Shown here: one piece after another, positions 28,553 to 38,238 of the stretch
Numbering within the stretch: position 1 is the stretch's first letter
How the letters are laid out: each line of letters opens with the position of its first letter
Source of the DNA: an uncultured Bacilli bacterium
Lineage (GTDB): Bacteria; Bacillota_I; Bacilli_A; RF39; UBA660
Assembly: GCA_934148015.1 (NCBI GenBank)
Contig: CAKPCU010000002.1
Coordinates: 30,672 to 94,671, forward strand
DNA length: 64,000 nucleotides
Direction: 5' to 3'
Notes under the pieces: model-generated
What the model saw: only the letters and a program-made list of their open reading frames with translations
Database searches by the model: none
What the model was told of the DNA's origin: nothing
Translations under genes and position numbers: made by a program

Positions 28553-30706
28553 TTACGCATCCTTATTATCTATATGTATTACTCTTTCTTTTATTTCTTG
28601 TGTTCTTCCTTTATTCCAGAAGTTAGTTCCTATGTATCCACAAGTTCTTCTTGCAACATTTAATTTATCATGATCTCTATTACCACAATTTGGACAATAC
28701 CATTCTAAATCATCATCTAAAAGTATTTCACCTTCATAACCACATTCTTGGCAGTAATCAGACTTTGTATTTAACTCAGCATACATAATGTTATCATAAA
28801 TAAATTTAATAACTTCCATAACAGCATCTAAGTTATTAGTTAAGTTAGGTGTTTCTATGTAACTTATAGCACCACCTGGTGAAAGAGTTTGAAATTCACT
28901 TTCTAATTTTAACTTAGTAAATGCATCTATCTCTTCAAATACAGGTACATGATATGAGTTTGTAATATAATCTCTATCTGTAATTCCTTTAATTTTACCA
29001 AAACGTTCTCTTAAACACTTAGCAAATTTATAAGTAGTTGATTCTATTGGCGTACCATAAACACTATAATCAATATCCTCTTCAGACTTCCACTTAGCAC
29101 ACATATCATTTAACTTTCTCATAACTTCAAGGCCAAATTCTTTACCCTTACCATTATCTGTGTGAGAATGACCTGTCATAAATTTAACACATTCATAAAG
29201 TCCAGCATAACCAAGTGATATAGTTGAATATCCATGATGTAATAATTCATGAATACTTTCTCCCTTACCTAATCTTGCAAGTGCTCCATGTTGCCATAAA
29301 ATAGGTGCAACATCACTAGTTACTTTAGATAATCTTTTATGTCTTGCTTGTAATGCTCTATGACATAACTCTAATCTTTCATCCATAAGATGCCAGAATA
29401 ATTCCATATCTTTATCAGCTGATAAGGCAACATCAACTAAATTTATTGTAACAACACCTTGATTAAATCTACCATAATATTTAGGTTTACCATCAGAATC
29501 TACATAAGGAGTCAAAAATGATCTGCATCCCATACAAGGATAACATTGTCCATTACCATTTTTATCTATCTTTAATTGTTTCATTATCTTTTCAGATATA
29601 TAATCTGGAACCATACGTTTTGCAGTACATTTAGCTGCTAATTCTGTTAAATAATAATACTTACTATTTTTATGAATATTATCTTCTTCTAGTACGTATA
29701 AAAGTTTAGGAAAAGCTGGAGTTATATAAACACCTTTTTCGTTCTTCATACCCATAATTCTTTGTTTTAAAACTTCCTCAATAATCATTGCAAGCTCTTC
29801 TTTATATTCTTCTGTTTCTCCTAAATATAAGCATACAGATAAAAATGGAGCTTGACCATTAGTTGTAGTCATAGAATTAATTTGATATTGAAATGTTTGT
29901 ACACCATCAGTTATTTCTTTAGCTAAATCTTCTTTAGCATATTTTTCACAATCTTCTAATTTAAATTTTCTTTTTTTATATTTATCTAAAAAACGTTTAT
30001 AACTTTCTCTAACAAAAGGTGCTAAATGTGTCATTGTAATAGTTGCACCACCATACTGACTTGAATTAACTGCAGTAATTAATTGTGTTGCAATAGTCAT
30101 AGCAGTTAAAAAACGATGAGGCTTTTCTATCATAACACCATTTATATTAGTTCCATTTTCAAGCATATCTTCTAAGTTTATTAAATCACAATTATGAAGT
30201 GCATTTTGTGCAAAATAATCCATATCATGAAAATGTATTATACCTTCATCATGTGCCTTTACAATGTCTTCAGGAAGTAAAAATCTTCTTGATATATCAG
30301 TAGATGTAATACCTGCTATATAATCTCTTTGAGTAGTAACTACTTTAGCATTCTTATTAGAATTTTCAGTATTCCAATAATCACTTTCACCATCTATTAA
30401 TTCTTTAATAGAAAGGTCTGTTGTATTACTTTTTCTAACTAATTCTCTTGTGTATCTATAAGTAATATATTCTTTAGCTAAAGCAAACTTATTTAAAGAC
30501 ATTAATCTCATTTCTATAATATCTTGAATGTCTTCAACAAGCATTCTTTTTTTCTTTAATCCTTCTATATATTTAATAATATTTTTAATTTGAATATCAG
30601 TTACTCTATCTTCTTCACTAACTTCACTATTGGCCTTTGAAATAGCTCTTTCAATCTTTTCTGGACAATAATCTACTATATGTCCATCTCTTTTAATTAT
30701 TTTCAT
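28553..30706 (-). CDS. nrdD: Anaerobic ribonucleoside-triphosphate reductase
   Basis: 717 aa with an ATP-cone N-terminus, a C-terminal zinc ribbon (CQECGY...CPNCGN) and the glycyl-radical motif RRTCGYIG. Confidence 0.95.
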   Translation of the reverse strand: MKIIKRDGHIVDYCPEKIERAISKANSEVSEEDRVTDIQIKNIIKYIEGLKKKRMLVEDIQDIIEMRLMSLNKFALAKEYITYRYTRELVRKSNTTDLSIKELIDGESDYWNTENSNKNAKVVTTQRDYIAGITSTDISRRFLLPEDIVKAHDEGIIHFHDMDYFAQNALHNCDLINLEDMLENGTNINGVMIEKPHRFLTAMTIATQLITAVNSSQYGGATITMTHLAPFVRESYKRFLDKYKKRKFKLEDCEKYAKEDLAKEITDGVQTFQYQINSMTTTNGQAPFLSVCLYLGETEEYKEELAMIIEEVLKQRIMGMKNEKGVYITPAFPKLLYVLEEDNIHKNSKYYYLTELAAKCTAKRMVPDYISEKIMKQLKIDKNGNGQCYPCMGCRSFLTPYVDSDGKPKYYGRFNQGVVTINLVDVALSADKDMELFWHLMDERLELCHRALQARHKRLSKVTSDVAPILWQHGALARLGKGESIHELLHHGYSTISLGYAGLYECVKFMTGHSHTDNGKGKEFGLEVMRKLNDMCAKWKSEEDIDYSVYGTPIESTTYKFAKCLRERFGKIKGITDRDYITNSYHVPVFEEIDAFTKLKLESEFQTLSPGGAISYIETPNLTNNLDAVMEVIKFIYDNIMYAELNTKSDYCQECGYEGEILLDDDLEWYCPNCGNRDHDKLNVARRTCGYIGTNFWNKGRTQEIKERVIHIDNKDA

Positions 30707-30768
30707 ATTTTAACTCCTGTATTTTTATTTTTACAATACAAATATAGCACAAACAAATTAATATAGAC

Positions 30769-30784
30769 TGTTGCAATTGCAACA
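30769..30784. promoter_or_regulatory. Perfect 16-bp palindrome TGTTGCAATTGCAACA in the nrdD / Crp-Fnr divergent intergenic region; candidate operator
   Basis: The palindrome was read directly from the sequence. It lies 42 nt upstream of the regulator ATG. Confidence 0.4.
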
Positions 30785-30825
30785 TTTTAAAAAAAATGAT
30801 ATTATTTTATTAAGAGGTGTAAAGT

Positions 30826-31452
30826 ATGAAAAATCTATTTAAAAATATTGATGAAAAAAACATAAACAAACTTCTAAAAAAGTTAGAATCTACTATTATA
30901 AATTTTAAAAAAGATAGTGTTATTCTATCAACATCTAAAAATGAAAATATAATTGGTATTATAACAAAAGGATTAATAAAAATAATTAGAACCGACTATA
31001 ATGGAAATAGGACTATAATAGAAGAATTGGGTCAAAATGATATATTTAGCTCTTACATATACTCTATTAAAAATAGTGAATATGATATCGTTACAGTAGA
31101 AGATACAGAAATAATAATCATTGATTATTTAAACATAATAAATTATGATGAAAATAGTTTATATTATATACAGTTTATAAAAAACATACTAGAGATAACA
31201 AACGATAAAGTACAAGAAAAAAACAATAGAATAGAAATACTAACAAAAAAGTCAATAAGAGATAAATTATTAGAATATTTTAATCAAATATCAAAAAAAA
31301 ATGGCTCTAAAAATATCTATTTGCCATTTACTTTTACAGATTTAGCTGATTATTTATCAGTTGATAGAAGTGCTATGTCAAGAGAATTAAAAAATTTAAA
31401 AGATGAGGGATTTATTAATATAAAACAAAAAAGAATTACTTTACTTTATTAA
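30826..31452 (+). CDS. Crp/Fnr-family transcriptional regulator
   Basis: cNMP-binding-like beta-roll plus a C-terminal HTH (FTFTDLADYLSVDRSAMSRELKNLKDEGFI). There is no Fnr-type Cys cluster. Confidence 0.8.
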   Translation: MKNLFKNIDEKNINKLLKKLESTIINFKKDSVILSTSKNENIIGIITKGLIKIIRTDYNGNRTIIEELGQNDIFSSYIYSIKNSEYDIVTVEDTEIIIIDYLNIINYDENSLYYIQFIKNILEITNDKVQEKNNRIEILTKKSIRDKLLEYFNQISKKNGSKNIYLPFTFTDLADYLSVDRSAMSRELKNLKDEGFINIKQKRITLLY

Positions 31453-32331
31453 TTCTTTTAATTCTTTTCCAAGTTCGTTATCTGAGTATTTTCTTCTTAT
31501 TTTTCCAAGAGCTTTTTGTTCAATTTGTTGAACTCTTTGTCTAGTCATTCCAAGTACCTTTCCAACTTCTTTTAATGTTTTAAAAGTACCATCATCAAAT
31601 CCATATCTCATTTTTATAACTTCAATTTCCATACTATTTAACCTAACTGATTTTAGCATATTATGTACTTCTTTTATCATAAGACTTTTTTCAACAACAT
31701 CTTCCATAGATTCTTCTTCATATGGTATTAATTGTATAATTTCAGTATCATTTGCATCTTCACTTCTATTTCCGCCTTGAATTGTTTCATTTAAGCTAAT
31801 TTTATCTTTAAAATACCTTTCTAATTTTATTAACGTATCAATAGAAATATTTAATTCATTTGCAATTTCGTGTTTTGATGGTTCTCTTCCTAGTTTAGAA
31901 GATAATAAATTATATGCATTTTTATATTCATACATTTGTCCATATCTAAAATTAGCTAATCTTATAGTTCTAGAATTATCTTCTGCATATCTTTTGATAT
32001 GTTGTCTTATCCAAAATGTTGCATATGTTGAAAATTCTGCACCTACATTTACATCAAATTTTTCAGCAGCTTTCATAAGCCCAATATTTCCAGCTTGAAT
32101 TAAATCTAAATAATCAATACCATAATGAACGTATTTTTTTGCTATCGGTATAACTAATCTTAAATTTCTTTCAACTAATATCTTTCTTGCTTCATCTTTA
32201 TTATTTAATAACATTTTATATACTTTTTCTTTTTCTTCTTTATTAAGTGGTTCCTTTAAAGAATCCAAATAAAGTCTTAAACCATCATCTTCTAAGTCTA
32301 TATATTCGACTTCTTTTAATTTGCGTCCCAT
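31441..32331 (-). CDS. RpoD-like sigma-70 family factor lacking region 1.1
   Basis: Motifs RNLRLVIPIAKKY, DLIQAGNIGLMKAAEKFD, FSTYATFWIRQ and region 4 VGKVLGMTRQRVQQIEQKAL. Confidence 0.85.
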   Translation of the reverse strand: MGRKLKEVEYIDLEDDGLRLYLDSLKEPLNKEEKEKVYKMLLNNKDEARKILVERNLRLVIPIAKKYVHYGIDYLDLIQAGNIGLMKAAEKFDVNVGAEFSTYATFWIRQHIKRYAEDNSRTIRLANFRYGQMYEYKNAYNLLSSKLGREPSKHEIANELNISIDTLIKLERYFKDKISLNETIQGGNRSEDANDTEIIQLIPYEEESMEDVVEKSLMIKEVHNMLKSVRLNSMEIEVIKMRYGFDDGTFKTLKEVGKVLGMTRQRVQQIEQKALGKIRRKYSDNELGKELKELIK

Positions 32332-32352
32332 ATAAAATTCCCCCAATATATT

Positions 32353-33036
32353 TTATTTATGTAATTTACAAATTTTTTCTTTTTCTTCTTTTATATTATC
32401 AACATATTTAAATAATTTATCTTTATTATTATCTATAATTTTCAAACTAGTTTCAAAGTATTTTTTAGCTTGATATGGATCTATTGGATTTCTTTTAATA
32501 ATTGCTTTTAATACTTGTTTATTCTCATAATACCAAGAGTCACTTCCATATATATAAGCTTCCATTTTAGAATCGTTTTTATTATATACTGAAACAGAAT
32601 CGAAAAGTCCTTGTCTTATCTTATATAATTCAAGTGTTATAGGGTCATATATAAAATAATTATTATTATCTATTATAAAATTTAAATATCCCATATTTCC
32701 ATTCTTATCATATGTAACCAATCTTTGTGAATTGCTTATATATTCTTTTCTTCTAGGAAATCTAATTGTTTCAAACTTTTCATCATTGCTAATAATATCA
32801 TGTAATAAATTAACACTGCTAATGTTATTTACATCACCCATCACAACATCTTGAGCTTCAAAGCTATTAGTATTAAATTTAAGCTCTTCTTTAGATAAAT
32901 AACCATTAACTAAAAGATTAGAATATAAATAACATTTTAATAAAATTGAATCATCAACCGATAATTCTCCCAACAAATTATTTGTCTTTTCAATAAAACT
33001 ATTATAGTATTGATCTAATAAATCATTTTTTTTCAT
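32353..33036 (-). CDS. Cytoplasmic transglutaminase-fold-like protein, apparently inactive paralogue of 33160-33954
   Basis: It aligns by eye with its neighbour (LKCYLYSNLLVNGYLS versus LCNLYLYLLYSGNLS; YFIYDPIT versus FCYDAT) but lacks the Cys and His residues. Confidence 0.45.
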   Translation of the reverse strand: MKKNDLLDQYYNSFIEKTNNLLGELSVDDSILLKCYLYSNLLVNGYLSKEELKFNTNSFEAQDVVMGDVNNISSVNLLHDIISNDEKFETIRFPRRKEYISNSQRLVTYDKNGNMGYLNFIIDNNNYFIYDPITLELYKIRQGLFDSVSVYNKNDSKMEAYIYGSDSWYYENKQVLKAIIKRNPIDPYQAKKYFETSLKIIDNNKDKLFKYVDNIKEEKEKICKLHK

Positions 33037-33159
33037 TTTTTAATCTTCCTTTCTTAAAATACTGCCAGAAAAAGAGACTGGTTATTATTATAATACACAT
33101 ACAAAATAATTTCAATTACTTTTTACATTAATATAAATATGTAAATTTACTAAGTTTCT

Positions 33160-33954
33160 TTAAAACTTATGATTTTTTCTTAAAGTTTTACAAATAAAAT
33201 CCATTTTTTCATAATTATCATCATAGAATGATTTTATTAATTTATCATTATCTTTAAATTTAATTAAATCTTCTTTAAAAATATTTTTAAATTCCTGGTT
33301 TGTATAGCAATTAAGTCTTTTAAGCTCTTTTAAATACTGTTTTGTTTTCTCAGTTTCTTTATAGCAATAATCCATAAAATTACGCTCAAAATGAAGTATT
33401 TTCATTTTACCACTGCTATTTATCATTTTTAAATTATTATTACATAATTTTAAAATAAATCCCCAAGTTGCATCATAACAAAAACACTTATCTTTATCAA
33501 TAATAAGATTTAACTCATGTAAAGAACTATAATCTTTTTTAAATAAATTATTAAGTGTGATATTACTAATTACTTTTTTATTAAAAAGAGGATCATACCT
33601 AAAAATTATTAAATTTTGTTTAATTTGAGTTGTTAATATATAATTTTCTATCTTATTTTTATCTAGTAACTCTTTTAAACCAGCAGATATATTACGACAA
33701 CATCCATAACCAAGTATTAAGTTAATGGCACCATCATTTATTATATTATCACTTTTTTGAATAAATGTTTTATTTATTGATAAATTACCACTATATAGCA
33801 AATACAGATATAAATTGCATAGCGATAAAGAAGAGTTTATGTTTATACTGCTCGCTAAATACATAATACTTTTAAATATTTCATCACACTTAAATAATGC
33901 TTCTTTAAGTATTATGTCATCTTCATTAATTGAAAAGTATCCAGGAATAATCAT
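33160..33954 (-). CDS. Cytoplasmic transglutaminase-like (papain-fold) protein
   Basis: GYGCCRNISAGLKELL (Cys), then SSLHELNLII...CFCYDATWG (His and Asp), with spacing typical of a transglutaminase core. No signal peptide. Confidence 0.5.
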   Translation of the reverse strand: MIIPGYFSINEDDIILKEALFKCDEIFKSIMYLASSININSSLSLCNLYLYLLYSGNLSINKTFIQKSDNIINDGAINLILGYGCCRNISAGLKELLDKNKIENYILTTQIKQNLIIFRYDPLFNKKVISNITLNNLFKKDYSSLHELNLIIDKDKCFCYDATWGFILKLCNNNLKMINSSGKMKILHFERNFMDYCYKETEKTKQYLKELKRLNCYTNQEFKNIFKEDLIKFKDNDKLIKSFYDDNYEKMDFICKTLRKNHKF

Positions 33955-34019
33955 AAATATTTCCCTCCTTTTATATTATTAAAACACCCAATATTTTAGA
34001 ATACTGGGTATAAAATAAA

Positions 34020-35222
34020 CTAAAAATTAAATTTTATTGATTTAACAATGTCATCTGATGAACCCTCATCTAAAGAGCTATAACTATCTTTCGTAACATA
34101 TACATAAACTTCTATTAATTTATTATCTGGCAACATAACAAAGTATGAATTTACAATTCTTTCTTTATCATACTTATTTAATTTTAAATATAACGTATTA
34201 TTACCATTAAATGTTTTATTTTTTTCTAATGCTATTTCAGATGAGTCTAATAAACTTTTTATTGATGATGAAAATAAATTATAATCTTTTTCATATTCAA
34301 ATGATGGATAATAATATATTTCAACAATTTGAATATCTGATTTACTAATATCCATAGATAAATAACTATAATAATATGTGTCTACATCTTCTTCGGTATC
34401 TTTTTCTTTTTCATCTAATTCCATACAATCTGGCAACATTAAAGTCATTTCATCTTCTTTGTACTCGATTATTTCACCATTATTGCCACCTGTTTTATTT
34501 ATATCTTTCGTATTAGGTACAACAAAAACATTCCATGATATTGTTATTAATACTAAAAAATATATAGAAATTAATAAACCGTATTTTAAATTTCTTTTTT
34601 TAGGGTCAAAATACCATTTATCTTTTTTATTTTTTATATAAATATTTTTTATGGTATCTAAGTAAAATATTTTCTTAAATTTACTAGTCTTAATATTAGA
34701 AATGTCATTCTTAATAACTTTTTTAGAGACAGCTGTATCTTTTGAAATAGCACCATACTTATTAAAGATTTCTTCAACTTCTTCTATAAACATTTGAATA
34801 TCTGCTTTACCTGTTTTTTCATTCTTAAAGTCTAATGGAAAGAATATAGCAGGTGGTAAAGTCATTAATAAAGCTAAAGTAAGATCATCACTTATTACAG
34901 ATATAAACTCATCATTAGTATATAATATTTTAAACGATTCTAAATTAACACCTACCCCTTGTTTTATCATAACAATTATTGGCATTAATATTAAAACATT
35001 TAAAAGTGTTATTAAACAAGATGATATAATAAGATATTTTTTTGTTTTTCTATCATTATATATTTCTTTATTTACTACCTTATATCCTAAGATGATTCCA
35101 AATACTATTAAACAATTTAAATATCCAACTGAAAAGTTAAAAAACACATAAACAAGCAGCCATGGAATAGAAAATATTAATCCACCTAGTATCCCAGAAA
35201 GATACTTAACTACTCCTTTCAT
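34020..35222 (-). CDS. Polytopic membrane protein with a C-terminal extracytoplasmic domain, unknown function
   Basis: 400 aa: four N-terminal TM helices, a soluble loop and a fifth TM helix. Its start lies 1 nt after the thrS stop. Confidence 0.6.
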   Translation of the reverse strand: MKGVVKYLSGILGGLIFSIPWLLVYVFFNFSVGYLNCLIVFGIILGYKVVNKEIYNDRKTKKYLIISSCLITLLNVLILMPIIVMIKQGVGVNLESFKILYTNDEFISVISDDLTLALLMTLPPAIFFPLDFKNEKTGKADIQMFIEEVEEIFNKYGAISKDTAVSKKVIKNDISNIKTSKFKKIFYLDTIKNIYIKNKKDKWYFDPKKRNLKYGLLISIYFLVLITISWNVFVVPNTKDINKTGGNNGEIIEYKEDEMTLMLPDCMELDEKEKDTEEDVDTYYYSYLSMDISKSDIQIVEIYYYPSFEYEKDYNLFSSSIKSLLDSSEIALEKNKTFNGNNTLYLKLNKYDKERIVNSYFVMLPDNKLIEVYVYVTKDSYSSLDEGSSDDIVKSIKFNF

Positions 35223-35223
35223 A

Positions 35224-36993
35224 TTATTTATCTTCCTTACCTTTTTTATTTTTTATTTCATTAACAAGTAGGCTAACAAACATATTTTTTTCTACACTAT
35301 AAGTTTTATTTGATCCATGTCTTCTATAGCTTACTAAGTTTTCACTACATTCTTTATCTCCTATAATAATATTAATAGGTATTTTCTTAATTTGAGCTTC
35401 TCTCATCTTATAAGATAATTTTTCATCTCTATCATCTAATTCTACTCTTACATTTGAATCTTTTAACATATCATATATTTCATTTGAATATTCTAAATGA
35501 TAATTATTATTAACTGGTATTATATTTACTTGAACTGGTGCAAGCCAAGTTGGCAAGTTACCCTTAGTTTCTTCTAATATATAAGCCATAAATCTATCTA
35601 ATGAACCAAGTATTGCTCTATGAAGTACAACAGGAGTCTTCTTTTCACCATTTTTATCAACGTATTTTAAATCAAATTTAGCTGGAAGACAAAAATCTAA
35701 CTGACAAGTTGATAAAGTATATTCAGCTCCAACAGCTGGTTTTACATTAACATCTAACTTAGGTCCATAAAATGCAGCTTCTCCTATTTCTTCTGTATAA
35801 GGAATGTTTAAATCATCTAAAACCTTTCTAAGTTCACTTTCAGCTTTCTCCCACATTTCATCATCTGGATAATATTTTTCTTTATCTTCTTTATCTCTTA
35901 AAGATAAAACACATCTATAATTAGTAATATTAAAATCTTTATAAACATCAAAAATTAAGTCTACAACAGATTTAAATTCAGACTCTATTTGTTCTGGAGT
36001 AACAAATAGATGAGCATCATTTTGACAAAAATGTCTTCCTCTTTCAATACCCTTTAAAGCTCCTGATGCTTCAAATCTAAAGTCATGAGCTATCTCACCT
36101 ATTCTAATAGGTAAATCCTTATATGAATGTAATTTATTAGCATAAATCATCATATGATGCGGACAATTCATTGGACGAAGTACAAATTCTTCATCTTCAA
36201 CTTTCATCATAGGAAACATATTTTCTTTATAATGATCCCAGTGTCCAGATGTTTTATATAAACCTACCGTACCAACACATGGTGTCATAACATGTTTATA
36301 TCCTAAACTTATTTCTTTATTTCTTATATAATTTTCAAGTTCTTGCCATACTATGTAACCATTAGGTAAAAACATTGGCATTCCCTTACCTACTAAATCA
36401 TGAGTCATAAATATTTCTAAATCTTTACCTAGTTTTCTATGATCTCTTTCCTTAGCTTCTTCTAATTCTTTTAAGTAATTATTTAAATCTTCTTCACTCT
36501 CAAAGCATACACCATATATTCTTTGAAGCATTTTATTTTTAGAATCACCCTTAAAGTATGCACCAGAATGTTTAATTAACTTAAAATATTTCATCTTTTT
36601 AGTAGATTCAACATGTGGACCTCTACATAAATCAGTAAAATCTCCTTGGCTATAGCATGATATAACAGTATCATTTTCATCCATTCTAGATATTAAATCT
36701 ATTTTATATGGATCATCTTTAAATTTTTCTAATGCTTCTTCTTTAGTTAATTCATGTCTATATATTCTTTTATCTGCTTTAGCACATTTTTTCATTTCTT
36801 TTTCAATAACAGGTAAATCTTCATCATTCAAAGTCTTATCACCTAAGTCTATATCATAGTAAAAACCATCTTCTATTACTGGTCCTACCCAGAACTTAGC
36901 ATCTGGATATAAGTGTTTTACAGCTTGTGCAAGTAAATGGGCACAAGAATGATTAAGTATGTTTAATTTTTCATTTTCTTTAATATTTTCCAT
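35224..36993 (-). CDS. thrS: Threonine--tRNA ligase (short form without an N-terminal TGS domain)
   Basis: HSCAHLLAQAV lies close to the N-terminus. Class II motifs are present (RPMNCPHH, FRFEASGALKGIERGRHFCQNDAH, GPKLD), followed by an anticodon-binding domain. Confidence 0.95.
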   Translation of the reverse strand: MENIKENEKLNILNHSCAHLLAQAVKHLYPDAKFWVGPVIEDGFYYDIDLGDKTLNDEDLPVIEKEMKKCAKADKRIYRHELTKEEALEKFKDDPYKIDLISRMDENDTVISCYSQGDFTDLCRGPHVESTKKMKYFKLIKHSGAYFKGDSKNKMLQRIYGVCFESEEDLNNYLKELEEAKERDHRKLGKDLEIFMTHDLVGKGMPMFLPNGYIVWQELENYIRNKEISLGYKHVMTPCVGTVGLYKTSGHWDHYKENMFPMMKVEDEEFVLRPMNCPHHMMIYANKLHSYKDLPIRIGEIAHDFRFEASGALKGIERGRHFCQNDAHLFVTPEQIESEFKSVVDLIFDVYKDFNITNYRCVLSLRDKEDKEKYYPDDEMWEKAESELRKVLDDLNIPYTEEIGEAAFYGPKLDVNVKPAVGAEYTLSTCQLDFCLPAKFDLKYVDKNGEKKTPVVLHRAILGSLDRFMAYILEETKGNLPTWLAPVQVNIIPVNNNYHLEYSNEIYDMLKDSNVRVELDDRDEKLSYKMREAQIKKIPINIIIGDKECSENLVSYRRHGSNKTYSVEKNMFVSLLVNEIKNKKGKEDK

Positions 36994-37230
36994 AAAAATT
37001 TCTCCTTATCTTCACTTTTTTTCTCTTTCCTTTTTCTTCTCTATAATTTTGCTTCATTTTATTTATTAACACCGGATTATCACACATTACAAATGGTAAT
37101 AATAACTTATTAATCTAGTAGTTCAAATAATGTACTATAATTTAAATTTAAACTATCTACATATCTATATTTTGTGATAAAATTATCATCCTCATTTTCT
37201 AAATATTATATTAGTATTTCTTTTTCTATA

Positions 37231-38001
37231 TTAGATATCAAAATCTTCTCTTGTAACAAAGACTCTGATGTTAAAACCTCCCTCTTTTTTATAATAATAA
37301 TTTACTAAACTTTCTATGTTTTTTAACATTGTACTTGCCTTATCAAGCTTGGAGCAATTTAAATACAATTTAATAAATTCTTCTTCTGGTAATTTATATA
37401 TATGACACTTTCTTCTATATTCATAATCTGTTAGCACTTTATATATTTCATCTTCTTTAAGTTTTGGCACTCCTAAATATTCTAAATAGCTATTAAATAC
37501 CATATCAAGTAATTTATAGTAAGTTAGATTAAACTGCATATTATTTTCCTTTAAATTAGATTTAAGTTCATTTAAGTAATTCCATATATGATAATTATTA
37601 TAGTTAACTTTATCAGAACTTATCACTTTTAAATTACTATCTATATAATCTAATGATATATTAGATAACTCTTTTACACTATCATCTAAATCATATATAA
37701 CTTTTCCATATGCAAATATTTTAGCAGTAGTTAAATATCCATTGTCAAATTCATTTTTAATGGTATCTTTTATCTTACTTACTGGTTCCATGATATATTC
37801 AGTTAAATAACTATTCGAATCAAAGAATCCTTTTTCTTTATAATTAGCACCATCTTTAAGAACCAAATAAACCTTTATATTAGAATACTCATTTTGAATA
37901 CCTAATGCATAACTATCATAAAGTACTGCACCAACTACCATTTCATCTTCCTCATATTTTTTTAGGAATTCTTTTAGTGCTAACTTCCATTTATCAATCA
38001 T
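37231..38001 (-). CDS. Nucleotidyltransferase-fold-like protein with a degenerate active-site motif
   Basis: VVGAVLYDSYALGIQNEYSNIKVYLVL resembles the G[SG]x9-13DxD strand-helix-strand but lacks the Ser and Asp residues. Start moved to MIDKWKL, which follows the RBS AGAGGTGG. The ORF-track start overlaps the T-box terminator. Confidence 0.5.
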   Translation of the reverse strand: MIDKWKLALKEFLKKYEEDEMVVGAVLYDSYALGIQNEYSNIKVYLVLKDGANYKEKGFFDSNSYLTEYIMEPVSKIKDTIKNEFDNGYLTTAKIFAYGKVIYDLDDSVKELSNISLDYIDSNLKVISSDKVNYNNYHIWNYLNELKSNLKENNMQFNLTYYKLLDMVFNSYLEYLGVPKLKEDEIYKVLTDYEYRRKCHIYKLPEEEFIKLYLNCSKLDKASTMLKNIESLVNYYYKKEGGFNIRVFVTREDFDI

Positions 38002-38021
38002 TTTACCACCTCTTTTTAAAC

Positions 38022-38238
38022 AAAAAAGCACTTCCTTAAAAAGGAGTGCTTAAAACACGGTACCATCCTTACCTTTAACTTAATTTGATAACGTGTTATA
38101 TAACACGGAAAAACCCATTACAGGTATCTGCTTAGAAGTAGTAATTTTATAATTAGTTTATCTACTTTACACCATATAATAGACTCTCTTTAAAACATCA
38201 TCATAAAATCATGTCTTCATCAATGCATTTATACCAAA
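38022..38238 (-). promoter_or_regulatory. T-box riboswitch leader
   Basis: Minus-strand reading shows an AAGAGAGTC and GGTGTAAAG stem I region, a CGTTA F-box-like element, the T-box AAGGATGGTACCGTG (38056-38070) and the terminator AGCACTCC-tttttaa-GGAAGTGCT followed by TTTTTT. Confidence 0.8.

Noticed and set aside
30733-30750. Possible NrdR box upstream of nrdD (ACAATACAAATATAGCAC)
   Set aside because: It only loosely resembles the NrdR palindrome I remember. No second box is present at the usual spacing, and no nrdR gene lies upstream of dnaB-dnaI as it does in Bacillus.
14171-38031. N-terminal extensions in the ORF track (def 14171, SEDS 13877, DUF2752 15248, lipase 22797, rnc 19330, sigma 32346, NTase-like 38031, dinD-like 9885, yhcG-like 7663, peptidase paralogue 55055, and 63141)
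   Set aside because: In each case an internal ATG is preceded by a clear GGAGG-like RBS, or the extension overlaps a terminator or the upstream gene. Starts were moved accordingly.
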